From Eledone cirrhosa (Eukaryota), in NCBI GenBank assembly GCA_964016885.1, contig OZ024761.1, forward strand, positions 19,840,001 to 19,904,000: a stretch of DNA of 64,000 nt. The letters run 5' to 3'. A program made the position numbers and the translations under genes. Positions 33,518 through 43,780 of this stretch are shown here, one piece after another (within the stretch, counting starts at the first letter, position 1; every line of letters begins with the position of its first letter). The notes under the pieces are model-generated. The model saw nothing but the letters and a program-made list of their open reading frames with translations, had not been told where the DNA came from and ran no database searches.

Positions 33518-36060
33518 TCTCAACTTACATTTGCTGCTTCAATTTTTACTTTCAAATCTAGAATCTTCTGTTCACTTTCGTTATCCTTTTCAAATTCTTC
33601 CTTGCATTTATTTAATAGCAAGCTATGGAAGTTGACATTCTTGTCAGGATTATTTTTGGAAGGCACTTTCAACTGTAAGTCAAAGAAAAAAAACACAAAT
33701 GATAGCCAACAGCTCCAAAATGGAAATCTCAAAATCGGTTTGAACAGAAAGATGTGAGAGAGTTCTGGCCAGTTACAGCCAGTTTGAACAAAAAGAGGTG
33801 AGAAAATTCTAGCCGGTTACAGCTGGTTTGAACAGCAAGAGGTGAGAGAAGTCAGGTAGGTTTAAATGCTAAAGGGTTAAAGGAGATACTCACCAACATT
33901 AAAAATGTACAGAATTTGGCATAAGCTGAACTGTAATTTGGCTCCAAAACAGCCTGCAATTAGAAAACATTTTCAACAGTTATTAGGATCAATGCATTAC
34001 ATTTTCAAATGTATGTGGATAAATCATTCAAGTTTATCGGTAGAACATGGGGCCGTATGTAAGGGAGATGCAGACCCTAGGATTGTCTGGGAGGTCAGTA
34101 GCCTCATATGTAAGGGAGATGCAGACCCTAGGATTGTCTGGGAGGTCAGTAGGCCCATATATAAGGGAGATGCAGACCCTAGGATTGTCTGGGAGGTCAG
34201 TAGCCCCATATGTAAGGGATATGCAGACCTTAGGATTGTCTGGGAGGTCAGTAGCCCCATATGTAAGGGAGAGGCAGACCAATGTTTGTGTGTGTGTGCA
34301 TAAATTTTGAAGAGTTCCACATGAAGATATATAGAAATACAGAAACACATGTGGCACATTATTATTATGGTTGATAAGACAATATACACACCTTTTCAAA
34401 GACAAGGTCCGTTACTGCGACAAGTTTGTCTTCGGTGTCAATAAGAATTAACTCCATCTGGTCTACTAATGTGTCAAAATTCTGTGGAGTGAGTTTATTT
34501 AATATACTTCGAACCCGTTTCACCACAGCATCAACACCAGTATCATCGGGTGGAGCATGTGGCTTCTTCGCGGAAGGTAACCAGGCATTCTCGCACGTCT
34601 TTAACTTCCCCTCTTTTGGAATCTGAATTATAATATTTTTCACATCTTTCTTCCCCTGTTGACTCCCTCTTTTCGTAACACCCACAGACTGAAATAAACA
34701 ATATTTTTCCTTTTAATATTTTTTTTTAAATCAGTAAACAGACAAACAAACAAATGAAAATGTCAAATAAGAACTACGGGGATAGGCTGACTATGAAGGA
34801 ATGATGCTAGAAGGATGAAGTAAAGTAGGCCTCGGTGGAATTTGGAAGAAGGATTTCTACATTAAGGAATGAGGCCAGCAATCTAGTTGATTAAATTAAC
34901 CACAGGTGACAGGTACTTTATTTTATCTCAAATGTTTCAATAATGCAAAGAGAAAAAAAAAACAAAAAAACAACTGCTACTTACCGAACGTGTAGTCTTG
35001 ACGTAGAATGGAATAAAGGGGTCATTACCATTCCTCCAATCTGCATTGATACCTTTGTCACCTGGCAGACCCCCAATAGTCATAGCACTGCTTGGTAGAC
35101 CAATTCCAGGGGCATTAGAAGTCAGGGGCTAAGAAATCATAACAGATAAAACAAATTTTACATTACTCTATATTTACTATTGCATTTTCATGGTAAAGGC
35201 TTTACCTCGCATAATAAATTTACAAGATTTTGATGTTATTTATTTTGAAAACAATACCTTAATGTAGATATGAGCGGCCAGTTATGGCTGGTTTGAACAG
35301 AAAGAGGGTGAAAGTTCTGGCCAGTTATGGCTGGTAAAGGGTTAAAATGTAAAACAAATCATATCAAGAACAATGAAGATAGTTGAAAATGTGAGAGTCC
35401 CAAGTGTAGAAAATAACTATCTGAGCTGATCTCTGCTTCAACCAGAAATGATTTGAGTTGATCCTTAAAGTGTTACTTAGATGCAGCACAAGAATAGGTG
35501 TGTCGTAAAAAGCAACTAAAAGGGTTGGTGTCGAAAAACTTGCATTCAACTGTAAAACTTCCTTGAATCAAATGAGATGGTTGGGTCATGTGTGGATGAA
35601 GGATGAAAGTGACTGGGTGAGAAGAATGGAGCCAGTGGTGAATGTCGTGAAGAGAAATGGAATGAGATGGTTGGGTCATGTGTTGAAGGAAAAGACAAAA
35701 AAAAAGACATGACTAAAGATGGAGGAGGAAATGAAAGCCAGTTTGGAGAGGATGGGATGGGGTGGGGGCTATTTTGCAGATAATAGGAGCCTGTCATGGG
35801 GTAAGGATACCCCTTCTTACTGCTGGTGTAGTGTAGTTGTTATCAAAGTATTTCTAGCAGTCTCCCACATTTTCAAAATTGCCAAATTTTCAGCCAAACT
35901 TCAATAAAAAAGGGAGTTATACTTACTGCAGACAAAATAACATCAGGTAAATCTGGAAGGTTTTCAGGTCTGCTCAGGGAGGCAGAAACATTTTGCAATC
36001 CCAAGAGCGTATCTCTGTCATATTGCTTTAAGTCTTGAGGGTTTGTGTTGTTCCATTGCT
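22654..36060 (-). CDS. EIF4G: eukaryotic translation initiation factor 4 gamma (eIF4G1/3-like), 18 coding exons, 5'-incomplete, ~1,040 aa
   Basis: Exons 5'->3': 36060-35927, 35128-34985, 34688-34392, 33953-33894, 33672-33529, 32755-32676, 32484-32331, 30529-30146, 29674-29526, 29247-29008, 28277-27908, 27373-27201, 26786-26582, 25587-25492, 24919-24797, 24399-24321, 24035-23901, 22817-22654. All GT-AG, phases agree, no internal stops. Motifs: YDRDTLL, VRSILNKLTPQNF, GNIRFIGELFK, SSRIRFMLLDLIDLR..WVPRR, GKGVALKQVAAFFNWL. Confidence 0.95.
23470..23765. repeat. ~40-43-bp minisatellite x7 from a SINE internal segment
   Basis: Unit TGTATTGTGTTTTATCATGGCACCAACACTACCACTTTAGAG. Confidence 0.9.
23901..24035 (-). 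CDS. EIF4G: eIF4G exon (W2)
   Basis: RKVSQSIIKTRCEVLQKYLCQKPNLQLEALFSLQALDLKLEHPQ; CAG/GTAAGT; phase 1-1. Confidence 0.93.
24321..24399 (-). CDS. EIF4G: eIF4G exon (W2)
   Basis: ELQQSLTETEAFIRILMTEICSSAIV; CAG/GTAAGG; phase 0-1; a second in-frame CAG lies 9 nt downstream. Confidence 0.88.
24797..24919 (-). CDS. EIF4G: eIF4G exon (linker/start of W2)
   Basis: KLDFMFDKDNPDYLLIDFENKLHELLKTCNLNNKPIFDLIE; TAG/GTGAGT; phase 0-0. Confidence 0.88.
25492..25587 (-). CDS. EIF4G: eIF4G exon (end of MA3 region)
   Basis: GENKVRELWESFDLKLSDFYKTEKMSEFISDH; TAG/GTAAGT; phase 0-0. Confidence 0.9.
26038..26236. repeat. 29-bp minisatellite x7
   Basis: Unit ACAACAGGCATGCCACATCTCCCAGTGTC. Confidence 0.92.
26582..26786 (-). 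CDS. EIF4G: eIF4G exon (MA3)
   Basis: MNDVLEYAEDLEIDVPRIWTYFAQLISSLL...EILKELVTQM; TAG/GTAACA; phase 2-0. Confidence 0.93.
26988..27037 (-). ncRNA. minimal hammerhead-like motif, variant core (family D), sense within an eIF4G intron
   Basis: Minus strand GGGGTCCTTACACA-CCGATGA-AGGA tttgca TCT-GAAA-CGT-TA-AGACCC; bulged stem I GGGTC/GACCC; AACGTT palindrome; U4C. Confidence 0.4.
27201..27373 (-). CDS. EIF4G: eIF4G exon (MA3)
   Basis: EVMVSLFKFKSSRNIQVFISSAISHVLDLTQPARTLTGSLIYHLVDNKTISKSDFLNG; CAG/GTAAGT; phase 0-2. Confidence 0.9.
27908..28277 (-). CDS. EIF4G: eIF4G exon (RS-rich linker and start of MA3)
   Basis: DNLTPLRGQTREDSRSRKIRSRENSR...SEAEVKKKTIFIVDGYLNNKDLE; TAG/GTAAAC; phase 2-0. 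Confidence 0.9.
29008..29247 (-). CDS. EIF4G: eIF4G exon (linker, NRFSAL motif)
   Basis: FSALCGDEEDLFNMMGSSGQENRPEMFGR...VQRRGS; CAG/GTAAGT; phase 2-2. Confidence 0.9.
29526..29674 (-). CDS. EIF4G: eIF4G exon (linker)
   Basis: NKNDDNIQLCPNVGSNKFSMWARGSTGGGSSSNRGSSNQQNERLSTPANR (QL.P and W..GS.GG motifs); CAG/GTAATA; phase 0-2. Confidence 0.9.
30146..30529 (-). CDS. EIF4G: eIF4G exon (end of MIF4G)
   Basis: NEEMNRYFKDIKAIVGGRETSSRIRFMLLDLIDLRKNKWVPRRAEKGPKTLKELH...EGWNTV...MWLPK; CAG acceptor, weaker AAG/GTACAA donor; phase 0-0. Confidence 0.92.
30857..32271 (-). mobile_element. internally deleted piggyBac DNA transposon (1,415 bp) in an eIF4G intron
   Basis: TTAA|CCCTTTAGCATTCA ... TGAATGCTAAAGGG|TTAA: perfect 14-bp TIR with TTAA on both sides; transposase remnant inside. 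Confidence 0.93.
31380..32076 (-). pseudogene. piggyBac (PGBD4-like) transposase N-terminal remnant, frameshifted and truncated
   Basis: Three overlapping ORFs: acidic N-terminus + FTENIGPQHTLPPDAKVLDF; NRYAQQ..EMKAFF.LNIMFGI...YWSTD; M.KTRF....YLHL.D...YDPLYKVRPLIE.L...F..VY; breaks off at ELSV, just before the first catalytic Asp. Confidence 0.88.
32331..32484 (-). CDS. EIF4G: eIF4G exon (MIF4G)
   Basis: FIGELFKMNMVKLDIMHGCLERLSSSTDEEKLECMCKLISTVGKVIESKAK; TAG/GTAAAT; phase 2-0. Confidence 0.95.
32676..32755 (-). CDS. EIF4G: eIF4G exon (MIF4G)
   Basis: EEEKKILLEELDTIMFISRRKSVGNIR; CAG/GTAAGA; phase 0-2. Confidence 0.92.
33078..33292. mobile_element. mariner-type MITE
   Basis: TA|CGAGGGGATGCTGAAAAGTTCCT ... 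AGGAACTTTTCAGCACTGCCTCG|TA. Confidence 0.82.
33529..33672 (-). CDS. EIF4G: eIF4G exon (MIF4G)
   Basis: LKVPSKNNPDKNVNFHSLLLNKCKEEFEKDNESEQKILDLKVKIEAAN; CAG/GTAAGT; phase 0-0. Confidence 0.93.
33894..33953 (-). CDS. EIF4G: eIF4G exon (MIF4G)
   Basis: AVLEPNYSSAYAKFCTFLML; CAG/GTGAGT; phase 0-0. Confidence 0.93.
34050..34280. repeat. 51-bp minisatellite x~4.4
   Basis: Unit ATGTAAGGGAGATGCAGACCCTAGGATTGTCTGGGAGGTCAGTAGCCCCAT. Confidence 0.95.
34392..34688 (-). CDS. EIF4G: eIF4G exon (start of MIF4G)
   Basis: SVGVTKRGSQQGKK...KLKTCENAWLP...VKRVRSILNKLTPQNFDTLVDQM...DLVFEK; CAG/GTGTGT; phase 0-0. Confidence 0.95.
34985..35128 (-). CDS. EIF4G: eIF4G exon (linker)
   Basis: PLTSNAPGIGLPSSAMTIGGLPGDKGINADWRNGNDPFIPFYVKTTRS; TAG/GTAAGT; 144 nt, phase 0-0. 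Confidence 0.85.
35927..36060 (-). CDS. EIF4G: eIF4G exon with the eIF4E-binding motif
   Basis: QWNNTNPQDLKQYDRDTLLGLQNVSASLSRPENLPDLPDVILSA, aligning with the vertebrate QWKP...YDREFLLGFQ...KPEGLP.I.DVVL segment; CAG/GTAAGT; phase 1-0. Confidence 0.93.
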
Positions 36061-38214
36061 CTGTTTTAAAAAAAAAAGAAGCAAACTTTAGCCTAGTTTA
36101 TATGAAGCATGGTGAAACATCATTCAATAAATAAGGGAGAGTGTTGGCAAAGCCAATACAATGGAAATATAAACATGAAACTAGGATCAGATAAAAAACA
36201 AACCCAAAAGCTTTGTTTATAGTCTCTATATTTTGTAATATTTCCAGGTTAAGACCTTTTTTTTTTTCTGATGACAAACAGAAGAATGAAGTATCCCGTT
36301 CCCAATCACAACAATGGAAAAGTGCCAACTGGATGCTTCGTTTTTCTTTATTTCATCACCATCGTTTTAACATCCTCTTTCCCTGCTAGCAAGGGTTGGA
36401 TGGGTCTACATAGACGAAGTCATTACTGAAGGGGTGGCTACTGATCTCCCAGACTGGCTTACAATTTGCTCAACAAATCCATTTGGAACGCATATATAGG
36501 ATCAATTGTAAGGCAACATTCCCAGTCGAATGAAATCAGAGTGGAATTATTGTTTCAACAGCTTAACATATATATACATACACACACAAAATTTCTAAAA
36601 TAACCAATTTCAATTTTCATGCATGACTGACCATATCAGATATAAACAAAACATCTTTCTAGAATGAACATTCATCAAGACACAGAAAAGGAAACTAGGC
36701 CAAACACGAAAACAACAAAACAAGCTAAATATATAAGTCATCCTATCAGCAACTCTAAATTAGGTTAATCTATGAGAAGGTTAGATTAATCTAATTTACT
36801 GGATGTCTGACTTTAAAAGACAACTTTTATCTAGATCATCTTTGTTAGACCCTTTCCCTGCCGATTTCTGATGAAATATGCTGTATTTGGGTTAGTAATT
36901 GAAGAATTTGAAGAAGAGATTAACTAAAATTATCATGTGACGAATTGGCAGAGTTGGATAGAATGCTTTTGGAGGGAGAATAGCCTTAACCTTTTCATGG
37001 CCATATTTCTAATCTAAATAGGAAAGAACCCTTTAACCCTTTTGTGCCTGTATTTCTTTGGAAATACACTCTACTTTAATTAATTAAGAATTTAGAGGAA
37101 TTTACTAAACTTAATTATTTCATTAAGATGGCATTTGTAATACAACATTTTTTGTATGAAGTTATGTTGGAAGGTGTTAAAATAGGTGCTTTTATTTCAG
37201 TCAGTTGCAGTTTTGGGAAGGGTTGGTGTAAACCCAAAAGAGTTAATATGCTTGTTGTTTCGATAAACAACACCATGTGTATCCCAGTTTTTAGAATAGG
37301 TACACAGTATCCCTGCATGACGTAAGAGATTAACTAAAACAGATTTAGGAAGGGCACCTAACTGTAAAACATTGTCCTAAAACATCTTGTCTAGCCCATG
37401 CCAGCATGGACAAGTGGGAGTAAAAACATTGAAGATGATACACAGTATCCCTGTGTTGTAAAAGAATAATCAAAAGGGTTGGAGTCGGGAAGGGCTAAGG
37501 AGTGTAAAACATTGTCTCAAAACATCTCATCCAGCACATGCCAGCATGTAAAACTGGACAAAAACTGATGATGATGATGATGATGATGAACATTAACAAC
37601 AAAAAAGGGGAGTAGTAATAGTAATAGTAGGAGTGAAGCAACAAATTGATAATATACCACTCATTGTAAGCACAGGTAAAATTAACTGCCAAGTAAGTTT
37701 GCCTAAAAGTATAGACAAAAGATATGCAGCTTTCTAGAGAAATCCAAAGAATGTTGTGGAGAACCACTGAGTTAGTCACAAACATCTAGGCAGCCTTGAC
37801 TTAAGAGAAGCTGACAAAAATTATTATATGGAACAAAGTTAAGCTGTTTAACAGCAACAATTCTCTAAGAAAGCACTGGAGTGGAGTTTTGCCAACAAGT
37901 GGTTCACAAATTGTCAGGCACCAGCTGTTATAATCTAACTAAAAGAACATTAACACCATATTCTATTGCTCAGGAAATGTATGATAAATATTGGTATAAA
38001 AGATGTTGGTGATGATGGTGGCAGGGTATGTGTGGATGTATGTAAACTAATGACAATACATACAAATGATAAACAGTACAAATGGATAATTAGATAGTGG
38101 CAGGTTTTCTGTTCCAATTTACCAGGAATCAGATATAAATACATTCTCTGCTGCATATTTACAAATCATTAAGATTAATTCAAGCAACCTGATTAAGCTG
38201 CACGGTACAGCGAG

Positions 38215-38410
38215 ACCTAGGAAGATCAAGGAAGACCTAAATGGAGGTTGAGAAAGCTGGTGTCAAATGACTGAAGCTCACAGTAGAGGGAGATCTAGGA
38301 AGACCTGGGTGGAGGTTGAGAAAGCTGGTGTCAAATGACTGAAGCTCACAGTAGAGGGAGATCTAGGAAGACCTGGGTGGAGGTTGAGAGAGCTGATGTC
38401 AAATGACAAA
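38215..38410. repeat. ~63-bp tandem repeat x~2.7
   Basis: GGAAGACCT..TGGAGGTTGAGAAAGCTGGTGTCAAATGACTGAAGCTCACAGTAGAGGGAGATCTA repeated; resembles a LINE 3' end. Confidence 0.8.
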
Positions 38411-41400
38411 CACAATGAGGAGGTGACGAAGGAACACATGTGGAAGGAGTGCTATGCTGGAAAAGACACAACCAACCTATGCAGGCAATGGAAGAGCAGT
38501 GTAAAATGATGCTGATGATTGGTATTTAATCTAACACAACTTAGTCAAAAATATTTGGAACACCTCTTAAAAACCAGATTAAAAGTATTAGCATTCAAAC
38601 TGGCAGCCATAAAGAAAGTATAATTCAGTTCAAAACACTCACATGATCCAAGATACCATGCACTGGGATTGAAAACAGGACCTAATGTTTGTGAAGAGTC
38701 TATTCACCACTAATATAGATTTGTTATCATTGATAGCAAGAAAGCTTTTGTATCTATTTACGGACTTGTAACTCCCATTTGTGAAAATAGTAAAAAAAAT
38801 AATCAGTTGATTTTTTTTTATGCACCTTGTGTGTGTGTGTATTAGATTGCAACAATGTTTTACTGAATATTTAATTTGTGATGATTATGGAGAAAATATA
38901 CAAATCAGCGAAGGAAATTATATTACGACAATTGAACATAAGACTGCCTCTTGCTGTTGTTTTTATCAGTTTATTTATATTGACACAGCAGAATCAAATT
39001 ACCCATTCATCACTCCTACTTGGAAACATTAAGTCAGATTTGGAATAAATACAGACCAAAATCTGTGATCTGATTATCTCAGAAATATATACGTATGACT
39101 GACACACACACACACACATACATACACGTTGACATTCATACATATACATACACAAGTTGACACTACAATCAGATGTGTATATATATATATATAATGGTAA
39201 AAAAAAAAAAACACAGAAACACCCTAGTAATGAATGTTAAACGTAAAGAATACAACAAACAAGTAGAAATATCTCAAATTTGTCAGCTGAGATTTCTCTG
39301 ATACTAAAAGTATTAACCATTTTGACAGCAAACTGCCTTAAACTACCTTTGGTTCTATAATACAAAACTGGTAATTTTAAAGTATATATACATGTGTATG
39401 TGTGTGTGTGTACATATATATATATATGTATATATATATGTGAACGTGGTTGGGGTTAGGAAGGGCATCCAACTGTAAAAACCCAGCCAAAATACAGTTC
39501 CATTTGAACAGGGTACAGAGCAGTCAACTAGCCAGACTCCTCTAACCCTTGCACGCATGAAAAAATAGACATTAAAGATGATATATATATATCCCCAAAA
39601 CCTTCCATCATAAGTTTATGCAAGAACCAGCTTCATAGACAAAATTAGTTATATTACTAAATCTCTCCAAATTTTTTATTATTTTCGAAATTACTTGAAA
39701 ATCATAGATAGTGTGTCTTTCATCAGAAATATAATAATGAAAGGTTTAAATCATTTTTACATGGCAACCTTTCTTTAAATTTTTTCTGTATTATCTCGTA
39801 TCCTCAAAGAAATTTTGGAAAAATTATCCTAAACATACTAATTCTTTGTGTTGTCTAAATATTATAAACCTGAAATAACTGGAGCTGTTTTCTTAATTGC
39901 ACTTCACCCAGTGGTGTGTAGTTGTGTTGCTCTACCACCTCACTCTTTTGTTATGACCAGATCGCAAACCAAGTAGACAGCAGCTAACACTTCCCTTTGC
40001 ATTCAGTAGGCAAAACAACAGGCGCATCACTTCTCGGAGTTAGCATTAAAATCTAGCTTATGATATTTTGTGTCTCTGACATAGAAATTTATTTTTGATA
40101 TCCATTCTGATATGGTTTAATTACTAACATCCTGTACCACATCAAACCACATTAGCAAGACGTTCTTAAAAAGTACAAAACAACACTATGGCTGCATCAT
40201 ACGTTAAAAGTTAATGTCCTTACTCTAATACTGGTAGTTGTTTTTTGTTTTTTGTACATCAATCTGTCCATTACTAAAGATACTATAAACAAAGTTGTTT
40301 TTAAATACTTTCTGCTAGATTATTACAGAATGTTAAGAACCTGACTGTGAAACAAAACAACTCGTTTCAAGGGTTTTTGTTTAGATTAAAATCATTTGAA
40401 ATGTGGTCATAAAAAAGGTTCTCACTTGAAATTTTAAATCTTCCAACATAATTTTATATAAGAACCATAGGCAAAGTTATCTTAATACACTGGGATAATT
40501 GCTGGCCTTGTGCCAAAAGTAGAAACAATTATCTTAGTAATGAAATAATAATTTTAGTAAAATCCCTCAAAATGTTTTATAAATTAATTAAAATACAGTG
40601 TATGTCCTTAGAAATATGACCCTGAAAGTGTTAACAGGTTCCTATTTAAATTATAATTGAAATAGGGGGTATTTTCATTAGAAATATGGTCATGAAAGGG
40701 TTAGTGTATTTATGCCTGACACTTTAACATCTCAATTACAAAAAGAAAGAAGTAACATTACTAAATTATTACTATTGTTTACTTGGATTAGCTGAGAGTA
40801 GAGTAATAAGACACTATTTATAAATAAACCATGTAAGCTGGTCATGCTGGTGTCACAAGAAAAAGCACCCAGTTCACCCTGTAAGGTGGTCATTCTGGTG
40901 TCACGAGAAAAAGCATCCAGCTCACCCTCTAGTGCCATAATGTAATGTGCTTGGCGTTAAGAAGGGCATCCAACCATAGAATAGCAAACCAAAAACAGAT
41001 CATACGAGCAAGACATGGTCACCTGACTAGCCTAGCATCATAATGTGACAACCCATTTAATGAATGCAAGTGTGGAAATAGACATTAAACAGTGATGATG
41101 AGATTTCAGCACTAATCATGTTGTAAATTCAAATCCACATCTGTCTGTGCTACGTAGCAGGGTACTCCACTCTACATTACTTTAGTTTATCTAGCCAAAA
41201 TAAGTAGCTACGAGGACAAAACTTTTCTGCAAAAGTTATCTGCTAAGTGCACTAGAATCCTACTCAGGGGCTGGTTTGTCTCATTCACTAAACTCTACAA
41301 AAAGTGAAAATCAAGAACCAGCTTGACGGATTCTAGCAATTAATGAAAAGATTAATTAAGATTTCAATTTACTACAAGAAAGTTAGGGGCCATAGCAGTG

Positions 41401-41482
41401 TCTGTATGTGGTGTTGATGCATTCTGTCTTAATATTTAGATATAAATCATGTGAAGTGCTGGGGAGACCAATTTGAAGCAGG

Positions 41483-41530
41483 ATATCTTATTCTGATGAA
41501 GGGATTTTATCCCGAAATATTAAGGACTAT
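41483..41530 (+). ncRNA. minimal hammerhead-like motif (family D), antisense to eIF4G
   Basis: CTGATGA-A-GGGAT ttt ATCCC-GAAA-TAT-TA-AGG; canonical core, 5-bp stem II, AATATT palindrome; stem I weak. Confidence 0.5.
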
Positions 41531-42384
41531 TTAAACACCAAGGTAACATTCCAACAAGTTTGTTATCATTTTTACCGTTTAATGTCCTGTTTTCAATGCA
41601 GTCGCCATTAAAAGCTATTTGCTACACCTTACTTCAAACAAACTACAAAACTCATTAAAAGAATATAACTTAAAAACAAAAGAATAAACAAGAATAAAAC
41701 CTTTGAATTTGTTCCCTCTATTAGGGTCCCACAATATCTATGAAAGATCATGATTCTTCAGAGATAGCAGTCATGCCAATTTATCAACTACCTTTGAGGC
41801 GCACACAAATAAAACGAAAACATTTTTTTTTTTTAAATCTCTTTTGCTGCAAACAAACTTTCCACCCCTACCAACTAAAACTCATCATTAACCTACTTGA
41901 TATCAACCCAGCCAAAACCGGTTCTGGTTCTATGAAACAAAATCTCCAATTTTAAAGAGTTCTTTTTAAAATGAAATCTTCTGACATAAGTTAATATTAA
42001 AAAAAAAGTTAAATTACAAATACCATAATAATAGTGAAATAATTTTAATAAACCCTTCCAAATTCCTCAATTAATTGAAAGAGAATGTGTCCAACCCTTG
42101 CTAACGGAGAACAGACATTAAATGATGATGGGTTTTTAGAAATATTGTATTGAAAGGGTTAACTCTTTAGTATTTAAACCAGCTATATCTAGTTAGAATT
42201 CTTTCACCTCTTTCTGTTGAAACCAGCCATAAGCAGCTGCTCATATTTATGTTAAGGTATTGTTCTCATATATTACTAGAAACTTAATATTTTTCAGACC
42301 GATTTCAATGAACCTTGGCATGCTGCAGGTCTGGTTAAGTTCCATTGGGGTCTTTTCCTTTCATATTTTATCCTATCAGAGGTT

Positions 42385-42525
42385 TAGACCCCAAGCAAGA
42401 TGGTTGGATAACATCCACGAGCTCGGCTGGTCTCAATCGGGGATACAGCCAGATCAGTTGGAGACAGTTGCTTCTGACACGACCCACTGGAAGGAGTTTT
42501 GAAATTCTGCTCTCATGACTATGAC
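42385..42525 (+). mobile_element. RTE-like LINE 3'-end remnant interrupted by a SINE
   Basis: RPQARWLDNIHELGWSQSGIQPDQLETVASDTTHWK resembles the RP..RW.D.I...A.DR..W C-terminus of RTE ORFs. Confidence 0.6.
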
Positions 42526-42869
42526 GGCACATGGCTTAGTGGTTAGAGCATTGGCCTTGCAATCGAAAGGTTGTGAGTTCAACTCTCAGACCGGGTGATG
42601 TGTTGTTTCCTTGAGCAAGACGCTTTATTTCACATTGCTCCAGTTTACTCAGCTGTAGAAATGAGATGATAGGGACTGGGGTCCCTATCATTCCACTGCA
42701 AAGTGGTCGTGGAGGTGCCACGGCAAAAAAGCACCCAGCACTCACTGTAAATGAGGTTGGTGTTAGGAAGGGCATCCAGCTGTAGAAATCAAGCCAGCAT
42801 CAGTTCCCGTCCCACCCTTGCAAGCAGGGAAAAGCGGACGTAAAATGAAATGATGATGAATGATGATGA
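42526..42869 (+). mobile_element. young tRNA-derived SINE, copy 3
   Basis: GGCACATGGCTTAGTGGTTAGAGC head, GAGTTCAACTC B-box, (TGA)n tail; ATGAC on both flanks. Confidence 0.9.
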
Positions 42870-43499
42870 CCCTTCTCAGGAATAAGTGGGCAAAGAAGAA
42901 GAGGTTTAATCAGTCACATACCACCAAGCAAGTATATAAAAGTGTACTGATTATATCTTGACTAGGTAAAAATTTGATCTGTATAGGTGTAGTACAGTTA
43001 ATTACAATCAGCCCAAACATACAACTGGTATCTAAGAACGAGAGATGAACTCCAAATCAAACTCCCTCAAATACCAACAATCATTCTGACCAAAAATATT
43101 TTATTTTATCTTTTTCAGTGATGAGCAGTTTCTTCACCACTAAACAACAACCACAGCAACAATATTGCCCTTCGACTTGTCACATAAAATATGCATACAC
43201 TTCAAAATATCAGTTAAATCAATGCCACGCTGAGCCCCCAAGTGTTTCTGTGGGTTGGTAACCTCCACCATTCTTAAGACTATCACATAACAATCTAGTC
43301 TGTTATTACTATTAGAGCATTTGCTAATATATATAAGACATAACAGCAGCTTTTGACAATCTCATGACAACCTACATATAACTGTACATTGAGGCCCCAG
43401 AACACTTCCAACCATGTATCTAATATATATATATATATATACACACACACTAACTGGTATCTGGGAGGTATAGAGTTTGGTTCCTCACACTATTATATA

Positions 43500-43780
43500 T
43501 GTAAAGTGGTCGTGTTGGTGTCACAACAAAAAGCACCCAGTTCACTTTGTAAAGTGGTCGTGTTGGTGTCACAACAAAAAGCACCCAGTTCACTCTGTAA
43601 AGTGGTCGTGTTGGTGTCACAACAAAAAGCACCCAGTTCACTCTGTAAAGTAGTCGTGTTGGTGTCACAACAAAAAGCACCCAGTTCACTCTGTAAAGTG
43701 GTCGTGTTAGTGTCACAACAAAAAGCACCCAGTTCACTCTGTAAAGTGATTGTGATGGTGTCACAACAAAAAGAACCCAG
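43500..43780. repeat. 48-bp minisatellite x6 inside an older SINE copy
   Basis: Unit GTAAAGTGGTCGTGTTGGTGTCACAACAAAAAGCACCCAGTTCACTCT, followed by the SINE 3' part and (TGA)n tail to ~43926. Confidence 0.93.

Noticed and set aside
33905-34405. Overlapping 87-132-aa ORFs in several frames
   Set aside because: Produced by the 51-bp intronic minisatellite.
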